Counted from the stretch's first letter, positions 20,473-30,879 are shown. The stretch is DNA of 64,000 bases from a virus (IMGVR_UViG_2562617087_000024); one strand, 5' to 3'. Program-made: numbers and translations. Notes: generated by a model not told the origin, from the sequence alone.

Positions 20473-22917
20473 TTAAAAATCAGCCTGATTCGGGATCAGT
20501 TTTTGCCAGATAGCTGAAACGTATTTTGCCTGGTAACGAGCGTCATCCAGCGCATTGTGGCGCTCACCTTCGAATGGAATAGCCGTTCTGGCATCGAAGT
20601 CTATGGCTTTCCCCAGCTCAACGATTGTGCGTACATCGCGATCGTTGTAGTAACGCCACGGGCAGGGGATCCCCTGCCGTTCGTATGAACGGCGCAAAAT
20701 CGTGTTGTCGAAGTTGGCTCCATTTCCCCAGACCTGAACAAAAAATTCACCGGAGTTTTCGTCGATAAATTCCCGCAATTGTAACAGTGCATCATCTAAC
20801 GGGATTTCATCGGTCATAATGGCAGATTGCGCTTCGCGTGATTGCTTAAGCCACCATTTAATGGTGTCCCGATCAATGACTCCGCCAGCAGTTTCCAGAT
20901 CGATAGTCTTACTAAATTCCGGTCCCATATCTCCGGTTTGCGGATCGAAAAATATTGCACCTATTGAGATAATCGGGGCATCAGGATTTTTTCCCATGGT
21001 TTCAAGGTCGATCATTAGATGGTCACACGTCCTGCTGGTGGATGTGATAATGCGATGACCGTTCACCGTAATTAAGGGATCTGCCGTCTCGCCAGTTTCA
21101 CTATCGCTGGCGTGGTCCTGAGCGCTGCCAGCATTCTCCTTGTGTGGATGTTCAGCGCCTTCCATTTTCTCCGAATCGTCTTCCTGAACTTCAACCAGGT
21201 TCTTGTCATCGAATGTTTCCTGGTATGTTGCGTCGCCCATCACCGCGCCACAATCAGGGCAGTTGCCGCCACTCCTCTGACCGCAGGCGGTGCAGATCTT
21301 TTCCGGTTCCTGTTGCACTACTGGTTCAGGTTGTTTCGTTTCTGGCTCGTTTTGTTGCGTATTTGGGCTGTTCTGTTCCGCTTTCTGGTCGTTCTGTTCC
21401 GTTTCTGGCTGATTCTGGTACACAGAATCGCGGGTCTGGATCCCCTTAATCCATTTCGGATCATTCGGGTCGCTAATCCCTTCAACAAATTCTCCGCGAG
21501 AGGCAGCCAGTAATTTGTCTGCATCGACAGGATTTTGGGGCGGAATGTTTTTCCGGGCTTCATGGAGTTCTGCCCGCAGTTTCTGATATTTCGCATCAAC
21601 AGAATTTATCTGTGGCTGAGCATCCATCGACTGCGTGTCCTGATTATGTTCAGTTGTATCCGGTTCCACTGCTTCAGTCGTTGCCTGTTCATCTGCCATT
21701 GCGCCAGATGGCTGCGGTTTTTCTTCATCATCCTGTTTTCCTTCTTTTGTTACACGCTGCGGCATTGGAGCAGAGGAGCGACCGCAGGCAATATCCACGA
21801 TTTCTGGATCAGGGTTGGCATGGTCGGTTTCGGTCAGTACTTTGTTCAGATATTCGGTAACACGGTGGGGAGTAGCCTCGATACCAATTGGTGCTTCTTT
21901 CACGGACGCAACCACTATCGCGCGGGAATAATCCAGGTGACCAGGCATGGCGATGAATTTGTCACGAAAAACAGAAAAGGGCGGCTTATTCTCTGAAACG
22001 ATTTCTTCAATGCGTTTGGCGTGTGCCGGATGTGGATTGTAAATATCGATGTCCATTGAACGGGCCAGAACGCCAGCGGCAACGTCACGTTCTACTGACG
22101 CATCATCGTGGACAAAACCTTCACCGCGATCGGTAAGAATTCCTCCGCCAGCATTAGCGCCGGATGGCGTGCGGCTGATGCGTAAAACACGATTTCCTTT
22201 CATCCACTCTTTTGTCAGCAGACCTCGATCGGTATAGTCAGCGTCCAGGTATGCTTCGAAAAAAGCAGTCATTAACCCCAGACTGGAATTAACGGGATTA
22301 GGGAAAACTTTGTCTGTGTCGCGTACCAGTTTGTGAAGGTCGCGAATCTCCAGCGGGTCGAGCAGCTTTGTGTTGTGGGAAATAGCCAGGGCAGTAACAG
22401 CAGGCAGTTCTTCAGCTCGTGCGATATGTAATGCCTGAAGTTCTTCCCGTGAAACGTGCGTTACCGGTTTTTCGCTGCCATGTTGCGCAAGCCAGCGAAT
22501 GGGCAGTTCCTGACCGGAAATCGGCAGGAGCATATTATCCTCAATCTCAGCCATGTCTTCGCCATTGACGTTGGTATTGTCAGAGCTGGCTGGTTTGTCC
22601 TGAACTGAGGGGGAAGGCGCTATAAATATCATTGTGATGCCATCTTCCCCGCCTTTTTCATAGCGGTTGCAGAATTCAGTATCGAACACACCTTCAGGCG
22701 GCAGGTCATTAACAATGGGCAAATTCACGCGAACAGGTTTTTTGAAATCCTCTTCGTCAAATCCAGCATCGTCCATTGCGACAACACCCCGTGATATTGC
22801 AACCGATAATTTTTTTGCTGTGCGCCAGTAAAAACCGCCTTTAATCCCAAGGCGTTTTCTGACTTTGTCATTTTTGGCTTCGTAATACAGTGCAATTTCT
22901 TCTTTATCAGTGCTCAT
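20473..22917 (-). CDS. RecE-like exodeoxyribonuclease VIII family protein with C-terminal DnaQ-like (DEDD) 3'-5' exonuclease-type domain
   Basis: 814 aa; central region matches recalled RecE ([39 protein letters not shown]…); C-terminus has MIDLETMG…GANFD…[10 protein letters not shown] exonuclease motifs; Cys4 ribbon in between. Confidence 0.65.
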   Translation of the reverse strand: MSTDKEEIALYYEAKNDKVRKRLGIKGGFYWRTAKKLSVAISRGVVAMDDAGFDEEDFKKPVRVNLPIVNDLPPEGVFDTEFCNRYEKGGEDGITMIFIAPSPSVQDKPASSDNTNVNGEDMAEIEDNMLLPISGQELPIRWLAQHGSEKPVTHVSREELQALHIARAEELPAVTALAISHNTKLLDPLEIRDLHKLVRDTDKVFPNPVNSSLGLMTAFFEAYLDADYTDRGLLTKEWMKGNRVLRISRTPSGANAGGGILTDRGEGFVHDDASVERDVAAGVLARSMDIDIYNPHPAHAKRIEEIVSENKPPFSVFRDKFIAMPGHLDYSRAIVVASVKEAPIGIEATPHRVTEYLNKVLTETDHANPDPEIVDIACGRSSAPMPQRVTKEGKQDDEEKPQPSGAMADEQATTEAVEPDTTEHNQDTQSMDAQPQINSVDAKYQKLRAELHEARKNIPPQNPVDADKLLAASRGEFVEGISDPNDPKWIKGIQTRDSVYQNQPETEQNDQKAEQNSPNTQQNEPETKQPEPVVQQEPEKICTACGQRSGGNCPDCGAVMGDATYQETFDDKNLVEVQEDDSEKMEGAEHPHKENAGSAQDHASDSETGETADPLITVNGHRIITSTSRTCDHLMIDLETMGKNPDAPIISIGAIFFDPQTGDMGPEFSKTIDLETAGGVIDRDTIKWWLKQSREAQSAIMTDEIPLDDALLQLREFIDENSGEFFVQVWGNGANFDNTILRRSYERQGIPCPWRYYNDRDVRTIVELGKAIDFDARTAIPFEGERHNALDDARYQAKYVSAIWQKLIPNQADF

Positions 22918-23009
22918 TGATAAACCTCATAACTATTTTAAGGTTGTACGAATCCCTGCCATTGCTGGCATGCTTAATCAACGGGTATGGCGTTAATACG
23001 GCTGGCGGG

Positions 23010-23198
23010 TTATCCAGCCGGTATTTCGTTATTCAGGTACAGCGATACTTTGTTTAACGGGAGACATTCACCGGAAATTTTTTGCTCGTCTCTTGCCTGA
23101 TGGCAGGATTCTTTACTGGCATAAATTCCGGTAATCACATTCTGTGGCTCACCTGTTATAAGAAAAACCGTCATCATCAGTGCAAACGCTGAACTCAC
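23010..23198 (-). CDS. small protein in ydfD position of dic operon (hypothetical)
   Basis: 62 aa ORF overlapping dicB stop; position as ydfD in Qin-type dic operon. Confidence 0.45.
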   Translation of the reverse strand: MSSAFALMMTVFLITGEPQNVITGIYASKESCHQARDEQKISGECLPLNKVSLYLNNEIPAG

Positions 23199-23383
23199 TG
23201 CTGCCCTCCGAAAATGCCAAGTTCAAGAAGGGCAATTCTGGAGAGTATGGAATTATCATTGAGAAGATAAGGCTCATATTTTCTCATCCTGATGGCGTCT
23301 TCAGTAAACTCCCGGTTACTGAGCAGAATACCAATATTAAAACACCCTTCAGACGTATTAACGTTTGGTAGTGACGTTTCCAT
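23195..23383 (-). CDS. dicB: cell division inhibitor DicB
   Basis: 62 aa, METSLPNVNTSEGCF…FTEDAI matches recalled K-12 DicB N-terminus. Confidence 0.85.
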   Translation of the reverse strand: METSLPNVNTSEGCFNIGILLSNREFTEDAIRMRKYEPYLLNDNSILSRIALLELGIFGGQQ

Positions 23384-23555
23384 TATCGCGTCCTCAACAA
23401 TGAATTTTGTGATGTGGTGCCTGGTGCCTCCAGGTGACGTTAACCAGTTAACAATTAACGCCGGAATACAGAATCACCCATAACGCTGTTTTTAGCTTTA
23501 ACTGTTCCGCGTGCGCTCAGCCGCATTCACCACATCACAAAATTCACTTTAAAAA

Positions 23556-23608
23556 GGGCGGCAGAGCAGTCACGGAGTAAAACTGATACCGCCAAACGTC
23601 ACCAGAAA
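23556..23608 (-). ncRNA. dicF: DicF small regulatory RNA
   Basis: Minus-strand sequence tttctggtgacgtttggcggtatcagttttactccgtgactgctctgccgccc identical to recalled 53-nt E. coli DicF, followed by T-run and flanking processing stem. Confidence 0.9.
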
Positions 23609-23948
23609 ATTGATAACAGAAGGCGTTGCAGCGGGGTTGTCACTTAAGCGTATGGTCAACCTGACAACCCGGTGTCCTCAACGGGGAAGAAATAACCCCG
23701 CCATACTTACCGCCGCACCATTTCGCGGGTTGCCACAACCGGAAGCGCACGGTCGACGAAAATTTAACGACAGGCTATCTATGAACCAGCTACCTCGCCG
23801 TGCGCTTTCGCGTTATGGTCTGACTTTTCAGGGAAATATCCTTTCAGTAAACTGTCAGTGCCGGATGCTCACCCGCGTCCGGCGCACGCACTCCACCTCA
23901 CCCGTGGAGAACTACTTAATTACCAACCTTAGCTTCGTTGGTTAGCTA

Positions 23949-24167
23949 TTAACGCGGGTATGTAATCATTCTGGCAATGCTTAATGCCGCTGCTTTTTCC
24001 AGATTGGTGATATCCTGCTCCAGAGCGGACAGTTTTTCAGCCTGCTTAGCCCTGGCTTCATTGGCCCATTTCAGATCCTGCGCTGCATTAATTTTCTGGC
24101 GCATCCACTCATAAAGTTCATCATCGGTATAGTCTGGTGCGATGATGACGGGTTCTCGTTTCTGCAT
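23949..24167 (-). CDS. YdfC-like protein of dic operon (hypothetical)
   Basis: 72 aa, coiled-coil; same size and position as ydfC upstream of dicF. Confidence 0.5.
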   Translation of the reverse strand: MQKREPVIIAPDYTDDELYEWMRQKINAAQDLKWANEARAKQAEKLSALEQDITNLEKAAALSIARMITYPR

Positions 24168-24196
24168 ACTGATTCCTCGCGGTGCTGTTTCGCTTA

Positions 24197-24325
24197 TCAG
24201 CCGTTAGATTTTGCCGAGCTGGAAAGCGCCTGTTTAAATTCGTTGAAGCTGAGAGCTTCTTCGCCGTCGGCAAGACCTTCGAAGTATTCTTCATAAGCCT
24301 TTTCCATGATTGTGTCGAAATCCAT
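24197..24325 (-). CDS. YdfB-like small protein (42 aa)
   Basis: Hand-translated MDFDTIMEKAYEEYFEGLADGEEALSFNEFKQALSSSAKSNG with aggtga RBS; below the ORF-track size cut-off. Confidence 0.4.
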   Translation of the reverse strand: MDFDTIMEKAYEEYFEGLADGEEALSFNEFKQALSSSAKSNG

Positions 24326-24326
24326 A

Positions 24327-24482
24327 TCACTCACCTGAGTTTCTTTCCAGCCAGCGACGGGCACCATTTTCGGTTTTAAACGTTTTGCTTTTGGTATACG
24401 TCATCGCGGTGAACGTGCCGTCCTGGTTGGGGAACACGCCACATACCAGAGATTCGCTGTTGCCAAGATCGATAGTATCCAT
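24327..24482 (-). CDS. YdfA-like small protein (51 aa)
   Basis: Internal Met of the 86-aa ORF gives a 51-aa product MDTIDLGNSES…; start site uncertain (ORF-track start is 24587). Confidence 0.4.
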   Translation of the reverse strand: MDTIDLGNSESLVCGVFPNQDGTFTAMTYTKSKTFKTENGARRWLERNSGE

Positions 24483-24671
24483 GCTGACCTCATTTCCCCT
24501 TAACGCCGGGTAGCGGAACTGTTTGCTGAGAACACCGTGCGGTGTCTTGATGGGTGGTAATTTAGTTTTCTCATGAATGTTGGTCAAGTATTTTTAATGA
24601 GAAAACTCAATATTTAATGCAAAATAAAGCCAATACATTGAAATGTAAGGCTTTAAAATTTGTGAAGGGGG

Positions 24672-25079
24672 TTACTGATGTTTGTTACGTTTGCGAGCTT
24701 CTAGTAGCTCGGTGAATAGGCGATTAAAATTCTCAACGCGGGCACGGAGTTCGCTGATTTGTGCTTGCTGCTCTGATTTTGGAAGTGCGCGATACAATCG
24801 CAACATCTCCAACTCATCTTCCGATAAGTCTAAGGCGCTGTTGAGTGCAACTGGTGGATCTGGTGTTTTATCCTCGTCACCAAACAGTATCCAAGTTGGT
24901 GAACATTGCAATACCTCAGCCAGGCGATGCAAATTTTGCCCGCGCGGGGCTGTATGGTCGCTTTCCCATAGTGAAATTGATGAGCCAGATACGCCAGCGG
25001 CTTTGCTTAAATCGTTTTGACTTAAACCAACCTGTTTGCGTCTTTCTCTAATTCGTTGACCTAAAGTTTTCTCGTTCAT
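24672..25079 (-). CDS. dicA: prophage repressor, DicA-like (HTH XRE family)
   Basis: 135 aa, N-terminal HTH (QRIRERRKQVGLSQNDLSKAAGVS), …LQCSPTWILFGDEDK… as recalled for DicA; divergent from cro-like gene. Confidence 0.8.
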   Translation of the reverse strand: MNEKTLGQRIRERRKQVGLSQNDLSKAAGVSGSSISLWESDHTAPRGQNLHRLAEVLQCSPTWILFGDEDKTPDPPVALNSALDLSEDELEMLRLYRALPKSEQQAQISELRARVENFNRLFTELLEARKRNKHQ

Positions 25080-25156
25080 ATTTAGATATCTTAATCACCC
25101 TTGACTTGAGATTCCTTGAGTGATTACTATTGAGAAAACTCAACTTTGGAGGGGTG

Positions 25157-25384
25157 ATGTTTAAATCAGACGTAATTAATTTTTATGGGACGAAAGCCAA
25201 AGTAGCGAAAGCTGCTGGTGTTGATCCATCTGCTGTTTCTCAATGGGGGGAACTGGTTCCTGAAGGTCGCGCGATGCGCCTGCAAGAGGCATCCGGCGGG
25301 GAACTTCAGTACGACCCCAAAGTTTATGACGAATATCGTAAGGCAAAGCGGGCGGGGCGGTTGAACAATGAAAATCACCCCTGA
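25157..25384 (+). CDS. dicC: Cro/DicC-like regulator
   Basis: 75 aa from MFKSDVINFYG…; …PEGRAMRLQEASGGELQYDPKVYDEYRK… as recalled for DicC; divergently transcribed from the repressor. Confidence 0.75.
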   Translation: MFKSDVINFYGTKAKVAKAAGVDPSAVSQWGELVPEGRAMRLQEASGGELQYDPKVYDEYRKAKRAGRLNNENHP

Positions 25385-25919
25385 ACAGGTTTGTGAGGCT
25401 CTGGATGCCTGGGTATGTCGACCAGGAATGACACAGGAGCAGGCGACGATATTAATCACGGAAGCATTCTGGGCTCTGAAAGAACGCCCGAACATCGATG
25501 TTCAACGCGTCACGTTTAATGATGGCGAGGTTGATCAACGGGCGCTGGGCGTTAACCGGGTGAAGATATTCGAACGCTGGAAAGCTATCGACACCAGGGA
25601 TAAGCGGGAAAAATTCACGGCGCTGATTCCGGCAATTATGGAGGCTATCCGAATTAGTGATTTCAGGTTGTATCGTGAGATCAGTGATGGAAAAAGCATT
25701 ACGTACATGATCGCCGGATTAAACAAAGAATATGGCGATGTGGTGGAGTCCGGGCTGCTTTTTGCGGATCCAGCTGTTGTGGAACGTGAGACTGACGAGC
25801 TTATAGAAAAAGCTATTGCTTTCAAGCATGCGTATCGTCAGCAGTATCAATATTACTTTGCAGATAAACAAATATCTGCCAGGGGTTCGTATGAGTATCG
25901 ATGCACTACGATGGGCTAA
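25368..25919 (+). CDS. early-region regulatory protein (YdaT-like, putative)
   Basis: 183 aa ORF immediately after the cro-like gene; assignment by position and weak recollection. Confidence 0.4.
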   Translation: MKITPEQVCEALDAWVCRPGMTQEQATILITEAFWALKERPNIDVQRVTFNDGEVDQRALGVNRVKIFERWKAIDTRDKREKFTALIPAIMEAIRISDFRLYREISDGKSITYMIAGLNKEYGDVVESGLLFADPAVVERETDELIEKAIAFKHAYRQQYQYYFADKQISARGSYEYRCTTMG

Positions 25920-26931
25920 AAAGGTGAAAACCGGCAGTTCATCCAGTAAGTCTGTATTGACCTGGCTTGCTGATATGTGCGGTGCCGATTTGTGTGCATA
26001 CCCGTCTGTATCTGCACTGGCAGAAGTAACGGAACTGAACAAAAAGACTGTGCAGGACAGCTTACGACACCTGATGGAGATTGGGTTAATTGTTGATACC
26101 GGTGAGAGAAAAGGCAGAACAAAGCAAATTGTGGTGTACCGACTTATCGGTGTAGAAGAAAGTGTTGCCGAGCCTGAATACACCCAAAAACGGGTGTCTT
26201 TAAAGGTGGGTAAAATTGGTGCTGTTAATAAAAACAGTACCGAAAACGGTTATGTTTCAGCACAAAAGAGCCCCAAAAACGGAACTCTTTGTTGCATGGA
26301 AAATAACCAAAGACACCCAAATTTTCCATCAAAGACACCCAAAAACGGATCACGGAACCCAAAGGAACCCAAAGATCTAAACCCCACACATAACGCACGC
26401 GAGAGTGCTCCGACCAGTGAGCAGGAAGTTTTGTCGTTACAGGCAGCCCCCCATGTATTCCTGGATGGCCTGAGCGAACCCATCGGAAAATTCCCGATGA
26501 CCGATAGCTGGTATCCGTCACGGGATTTTCGACGACGGGCTGCGTTGTGGGGGATGGCTTTGCCGGAGACAGAATTTACACCTGCTGAACTTACCGCATT
26601 CCGGGACTACTGGGCAGCGGAGGGGAAAGTGTTTACGCAGATTCAGTGGGAGCAGAAATTCGCCCGTCACGTAAATCACGTCAGGGCGCAGGTTAAACCA
26701 GTCAGCAAGGGGGTAAACCATGCAGCAGCACCAGGTGGCACCGCATCACGGGCAGTTCAGGAAATTCGGGCAGCACGTGAGCAGTGGGAACGTGAAAACG
26801 GATTTATCAGCGACGGAAACGGCCTGGAAGCTGTGGGAACTCATGGGGGAGGTTTATTCGAACCGCTGGACCCAGAAGAACGGGGCCGCACCTTCGAAGC
26901 TCTGGATTGCACAGATTGGCGCGATGACTGA
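25891..26931 (+). CDS. replication initiation protein (O-like; winged-helix N-terminus)
   Basis: 346 aa from MSIDALRWAKK with agggg RBS; N-terminal HTH; precedes P-like gene with ATGACTGA overlap. Confidence 0.55.
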   Translation: MSIDALRWAKKVKTGSSSSKSVLTWLADMCGADLCAYPSVSALAEVTELNKKTVQDSLRHLMEIGLIVDTGERKGRTKQIVVYRLIGVEESVAEPEYTQKRVSLKVGKIGAVNKNSTENGYVSAQKSPKNGTLCCMENNQRHPNFPSKTPKNGSRNPKEPKDLNPTHNARESAPTSEQEVLSLQAAPHVFLDGLSEPIGKFPMTDSWYPSRDFRRRAALWGMALPETEFTPAELTAFRDYWAAEGKVFTQIQWEQKFARHVNHVRAQVKPVSKGVNHAAAPGGTASRAVQEIRAAREQWERENGFISDGNGLEAVGTHGGGLFEPLDPEERGRTFEALDCTDWRDD

Positions 26932-27385
26932 GCAGCAAATCCGGCAGGTCTGCCGCCAGTGCATGGACCGCTGCCGGGCGGGTGAAACATGGCCTCCGGA
27001 CCTGGCTGAGTTTGTGGCGCTGATTTCGGAAAGCGGGGCCAATCCATTTGGCCTGACGGTGGATGCTGTGATGGAGGAGTATCGCCGCTGGCGTAATGAG
27101 TCCTGGCGATATAACGGAAGCGACAAATATCCGTGGCCTCAGCCTGTGCTGTATCACATTTGCCTCGAGATGCGTTCAAAGGGGATTGAACGCCAGATGA
27201 CCGAAGGGGAATTAAAACGGCTTGCAGAACGGCAGCTGACGAAATGGGCAAAGCATGTTAGTAACGGCCTGAGCGTTCCGCCAGTACGGCGACAACTGGC
27301 GGCACCAAAACGCCCGTTGGGACCAACGCCAATTGAGTTGCTGAAACAGGAGTATGAACGCCGGAAAGCGGCTGGTTTTGTCTGA
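26924..27385 (+). CDS. replication protein P-like (helicase loader family, putative)
   Basis: Sequence pattern (…TEQQIRQV…[15 protein letters not shown]…[13 protein letters not shown]…) parallels recalled lambda P; start chosen at ATG overlapping the upstream stop. Confidence 0.5.
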   Translation: MTEQQIRQVCRQCMDRCRAGETWPPDLAEFVALISESGANPFGLTVDAVMEEYRRWRNESWRYNGSDKYPWPQPVLYHICLEMRSKGIERQMTEGELKRLAERQLTKWAKHVSNGLSVPPVRRQLAAPKRPLGPTPIELLKQEYERRKAAGFV

Positions 27386-27419
27386 TTTGAGAAGTAATTT
27401 TTATCCGGAGGAAATTTTA

Positions 27420-28190
27420 ATGGGAACCGTATTGCATGCACTGAAAGCGATGGGTAAAGCCAATTCTGTTGAACTGGCGGCGCGGCTTGATATCAGCCGT
27501 GAAGAAGTTCTCAACGAACTGTGGGAACTCAAAAAAAATGGCGTTGTTGATAAAACGGGTCACACCTGGTTTCTGGCTGGTGAAGGTGAATCCGGGGTAA
27601 CCGAAGAACAGCCAGCACAGTCTGAAGTACCGGATGTGCTGACCGGGGAGGTCGAACAAAAAGTTACTGCGGACATGATGATTGAGTTTATCTGTCAGGA
27701 TGGGGCTAAAACGTGTGAGGAACTGGCGGATAAGTTCGGTGTTAGCATTCGCAAGGTTGCTTCCACGTTGGCGGTCGTAACAGCAACGGGGAGCCTGGCA
27801 CGCGTAAATCAGAACGGTAAATTTCGTTACTGCATACCGGGCGCTGATTTACCGGCAGAGCCGGAAGCTGCATCGGTAACGGAAACCGATGGTAAAGCCT
27901 TTCCTCAGCCAACAGGTGTTGCGTTACCAGTCCGGGAAGCGGAAACACAGGAAGAAATAAAAACTGAAAGTGTGGCGGTCACAGTGCAGTCACAGCCGTT
28001 GTTCACCAGAAAACATCCGGATGGTCTGATTTTACCATCGCTGCATGTGGCTAACCGCGAGCTGCGCCGGGCAAAAGGTCAGGTTCAGAAGTGGGAGCGT
28101 GTCTGCGCCGCGCTGCGGGAGCTGAACAAGCACCGGGATATTGTTCGGCAGATTGTCGATTCATCCGGTCGTATTGTGTCGGAAAAGTGA
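27420..28190 (+). CDS. hypothetical protein with two winged-helix-like segments
   Basis: ORF with ggagg RBS; no recognised family. Confidence 0.5.
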   Translation: MGTVLHALKAMGKANSVELAARLDISREEVLNELWELKKNGVVDKTGHTWFLAGEGESGVTEEQPAQSEVPDVLTGEVEQKVTADMMIEFICQDGAKTCEELADKFGVSIRKVASTLAVVTATGSLARVNQNGKFRYCIPGADLPAEPEAASVTETDGKAFPQPTGVALPVREAETQEEIKTESVAVTVQSQPLFTRKHPDGLILPSLHVANRELRRAKGQVQKWERVCAALRELNKHRDIVRQIVDSSGRIVSEK

Positions 28191-28205
28191 TTGCCGGAGG
28201 CGCTT

Positions 28206-28601
28206 ATGGCGAAACCTTTTACACACGAACAGCGTGAAGAACTGAAGGCCCGAATTATCGGGCTGGTACGCAAAAATGAACGCATGACGATATCACAACT
28301 GGAGAGAGCGACGGGAGCAGGCTGGCATTCAGTCAGACGTTGCCTTGTGGATGTACTGGCTTGCGGCGATTTATACATGCCCGGTAAATACGGTGTTTTT
28401 ACATCAGAACAGGTGTATCGCGTATGGCGTAAGGCAGCGGAGAAAACAACCGACCAGACATTGATTCGAAAGTTACCAGACGGAGAAATACGCCGCTACG
28501 ACAGACAACAGAACATAATCTGTGGCGAGTGCCGGAAGAGTGAAGTTATGCTGCGTGTACTGGCGTTCTATCAGGGCAATTTTCAGGAGGCGGTATTGTG
28601 A
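28206..28601 (+). CDS. hypothetical protein
   Basis: ORF with ggagg RBS before ATG 28206. Confidence 0.45.
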   Translation: MAKPFTHEQREELKARIIGLVRKNERMTISQLERATGAGWHSVRRCLVDVLACGDLYMPGKYGVFTSEQVYRVWRKAAEKTTDQTLIRKLPDGEIRRYDRQQNIICGECRKSEVMLRVLAFYQGNFQEAVL

Positions 28602-28654
28602 GTGAATTAGCTATCAGGCTTCAATTGTCGCTGGCATTCACATCAAAGGAGAAG

Positions 28655-29014
28655 AGCATGGAAATAAAACCAGAAGATGAGTTAAGCAATATCGTTTTAT
28701 TTCCGGTAAAAGAGGATGACCCACGTAATCAGGTTAATTTTCTTTATGAGCCATCGGAAAGAGCATATTGTCATCACGCCTCTGTTCGGGTTGACGAAAA
28801 AGAGCGTCAGGTCCGCTGTAAAATCTGCGGTGCAGTTGTGGAGCCATTTGACTGGATGCTCTCTGTGGCGAAAAGAGAAACCAGACTGGCAGATGATGTA
28901 AGGATCTTGCGCCAGGAGGAACGGGAAAGGCGGAGAAATATAGAAAAGCTAATTCAGATTGAGCGTAACGTGAAAGCGCGGATACGCAGGGTGACAAAAT
29001 CCAGAACTGAATAA
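28655..29014 (+). CDS. hypothetical protein with CxxC…CxxC zinc-ribbon
   Basis: ATG 28655 preceded by aaggaga RBS (ORF track extends to alternative start 28598). Confidence 0.45.
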   Translation, partial: SMEIKPEDELSNIVLFPVKEDDPRNQVNFLYEPSERAYCHHASVRVDEKERQVRCKICGAVVEPFDWMLSVAKRETRLADDVRILRQEERERRRNIEKLIQIERNVKARIRRVTKSRTE

Positions 29015-29062
29015 TTAAATTTAGCTCTGTTAAAAATTTAATCCTTAACCGGAGGTATATCA

Positions 29063-29275
29063 ATGTCAAACGCACAGAAAGTTATTAACGCTGAAAAATA
29101 TAACGAGTGGGTGAAAAAGTTCTCAGAGCAGATTTTTAAAATTACTGGCGACGAGAATGCGGCAAAAAATGAATTAGAGCCGTGGACACCTGAAGGTGTC
29201 GACCCAAATTATTGCTGGTGGGATGTTGATCCAGTTGATGCTGCAAATGAAGCTATGAGTTATCACAACGATTAA
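29063..29275 (+). CDS. hypothetical protein (70 aa)
   Basis: ORF with ccggagg RBS. Confidence 0.45.
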   Translation: MSNAQKVINAEKYNEWVKKFSEQIFKITGDENAAKNELEPWTPEGVDPNYCWWDVDPVDAANEAMSYHND

Positions 29276-29310
29276 TGTCAGGAGGCCGCCCGAAAGGGCG
29301 GTAATGAAAA

Positions 29311-29682
29311 GTGACTGAATTAACCAAAGAGAAATTAATCGAAGAAGCCAAATTAAAAATAGCGATTGCGAAATGCTACCCCAATTCAGGGATGGCACGG
29401 GTAGAGGGCGAGTTATTCAAAATTGCACTGGCATCGCTGGAAGCAGAACCGATAGCGTGGGAATGCGGTGAAAACATAATCCTGTTTAACCCTGACACAG
29501 TTGAAGCATACGCAAAACGTGCGGAAATATCACCTAAACCACTATTCTCCGCGCCGCCAGCGCTGGTAGTGCCTGATAAGTTGCCGCGTGAATACAGAAA
29601 CGGTTGGCCTCTTGCGTATAGTGATTATGCTGAAGGCTGGAACGACTGCCGCGAAGCCATGCTTCAGGGAGATAAATCATGA
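29311..29682 (+). CDS. hypothetical protein (123 aa)
   Basis: GTG start, operon context. Confidence 0.4.
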   Translation: MTELTKEKLIEEAKLKIAIAKCYPNSGMARVEGELFKIALASLEAEPIAWECGENIILFNPDTVEAYAKRAEISPKPLFSAPPALVVPDKLPREYRNGWPLAYSDYAEGWNDCREAMLQGDKS

Positions 29683-30041
29683 TTAATCGTATCAAGCTGG
29701 AGCACATCCTCGAATATGCCAGGCAGCAGAGGCATATTGGTCAGCATTGTAAAATTCCACCAGGAGATATGGTTGAAATCATGGAGATTGCCATGCGCAA
29801 GGCTGGCAATTCTCCGGTAACTCCGGATGGTTGGATAAGCTGTAGTGAGCGAATGCCGAATACCAAAACAGCCGTTCTTGTTGCCGTGGAGTTTGACAGG
29901 AAAGGTGACTGGCGAATGAAATTGGCTACTTACATCCCGGGGCATCCTGACGCTAATGATGGGTGGATAATTCCTGGTGCGTCGTGGAAACCGTCACACT
30001 GGATGCCGCTACCAGAACCGCCGCAGGAGGTGCGCCAATGA
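29679..30041 (+). CDS. hypothetical protein (120 aa; DUF551 suspected)
   Basis: Overlaps previous stop; domain assignment is from memory only. Confidence 0.45.
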   Translation: MINRIKLEHILEYARQQRHIGQHCKIPPGDMVEIMEIAMRKAGNSPVTPDGWISCSERMPNTKTAVLVAVEFDRKGDWRMKLATYIPGHPDANDGWIIPGASWKPSHWMPLPEPPQEVRQ

Positions 30042-30506
30042 TCTGGCCTGAAGCCTTTGCAATTACAGGCGTTGCTATAGCTATTGATTTTTTAGTATAT
30101 GTTATTTGTCGGTGGGGGTAAAAACGTTCGCCGGGATTCACACCAAAGGAGGGAATATGTCGGATGATATTTCACTGGCAATGGAAGGTGCGCTGGCTGT
30201 TATTGCTGTTGTGGGCGTTTACTGCCTGGTTGTGTTTTTGATGGATCGACTAGGGAACTGAATTCATTACGATATGGGAATTCCCATATCGGGTAAAAAC
30301 GGTTTGCGGTAAAGCGAGAGTTAAGTAGAATTGCTGCGGGTGCTTGAGGCTATCTGCCTCGGGCATGAACACCAACGGCAGATAGAGAAAAGCCCCAGTT
30401 AACATTACGCGTCCGGCAAGACGCTTAACATTAATCTGAGGCCATATCTATGCTCTACACACGTAGGTTAGCCTCTTACGTGCCGAAAGGCAAGGAGAAG
30501 CAGGCT

Positions 30507-30662
30507 ATGAAGCAGCAAAAGGCGATGCTAATCGCCCTGATCGTCATCTGTTTAACCGTCATAGTGACGGCACTGGTAACGAGGAAAGACCTCTGCGAGG
30601 TACGAATCCGAACCGGCCAGACGGAGGTCGCTGTCTTCACAGCTTACGAACCTGAGGAGTAA
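30507..30662 (+). CDS. Hok/Gef-family type I toxin
   Basis: 51 aa MKQQKAMLIALIVICLTVIVTALVTRKDLCEVRIRTGQTEVAVFTAYEPEE, closely matching recalled HokC/Gef; structured leader upstream and terminator 30720-30752. Confidence 0.8.
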   Translation: MKQQKAMLIALIVICLTVIVTALVTRKDLCEVRIRTGQTEVAVFTAYEPEE

Positions 30663-30879
30663 GAGACCAGGCGGGGGAGAAATCCCTCGCCACCTCTGAT
30701 GTGTCAGGCATCCTCAACGCACCCGCACTTAACCCGCTTCGGCGGGTTTTTGTTTTTATTTTCAACGCGTTTGAAGTTCCGGACGGCGCCGGAATAGAAT
30801 CAAAAATACTTAAGTAGCGCGCAGGGAGAAGAGGGATGGACCCCGAACAGGGGAGTGCTATTTATCTGGAAGGATTCTG

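Noticed and set aside
23610-23945. 111-aa plus-strand ORF across the dicF region
   Set aside because: Overlaps the antisense of the dic operon; region is explained by DicF and its processing stem on the minus strand
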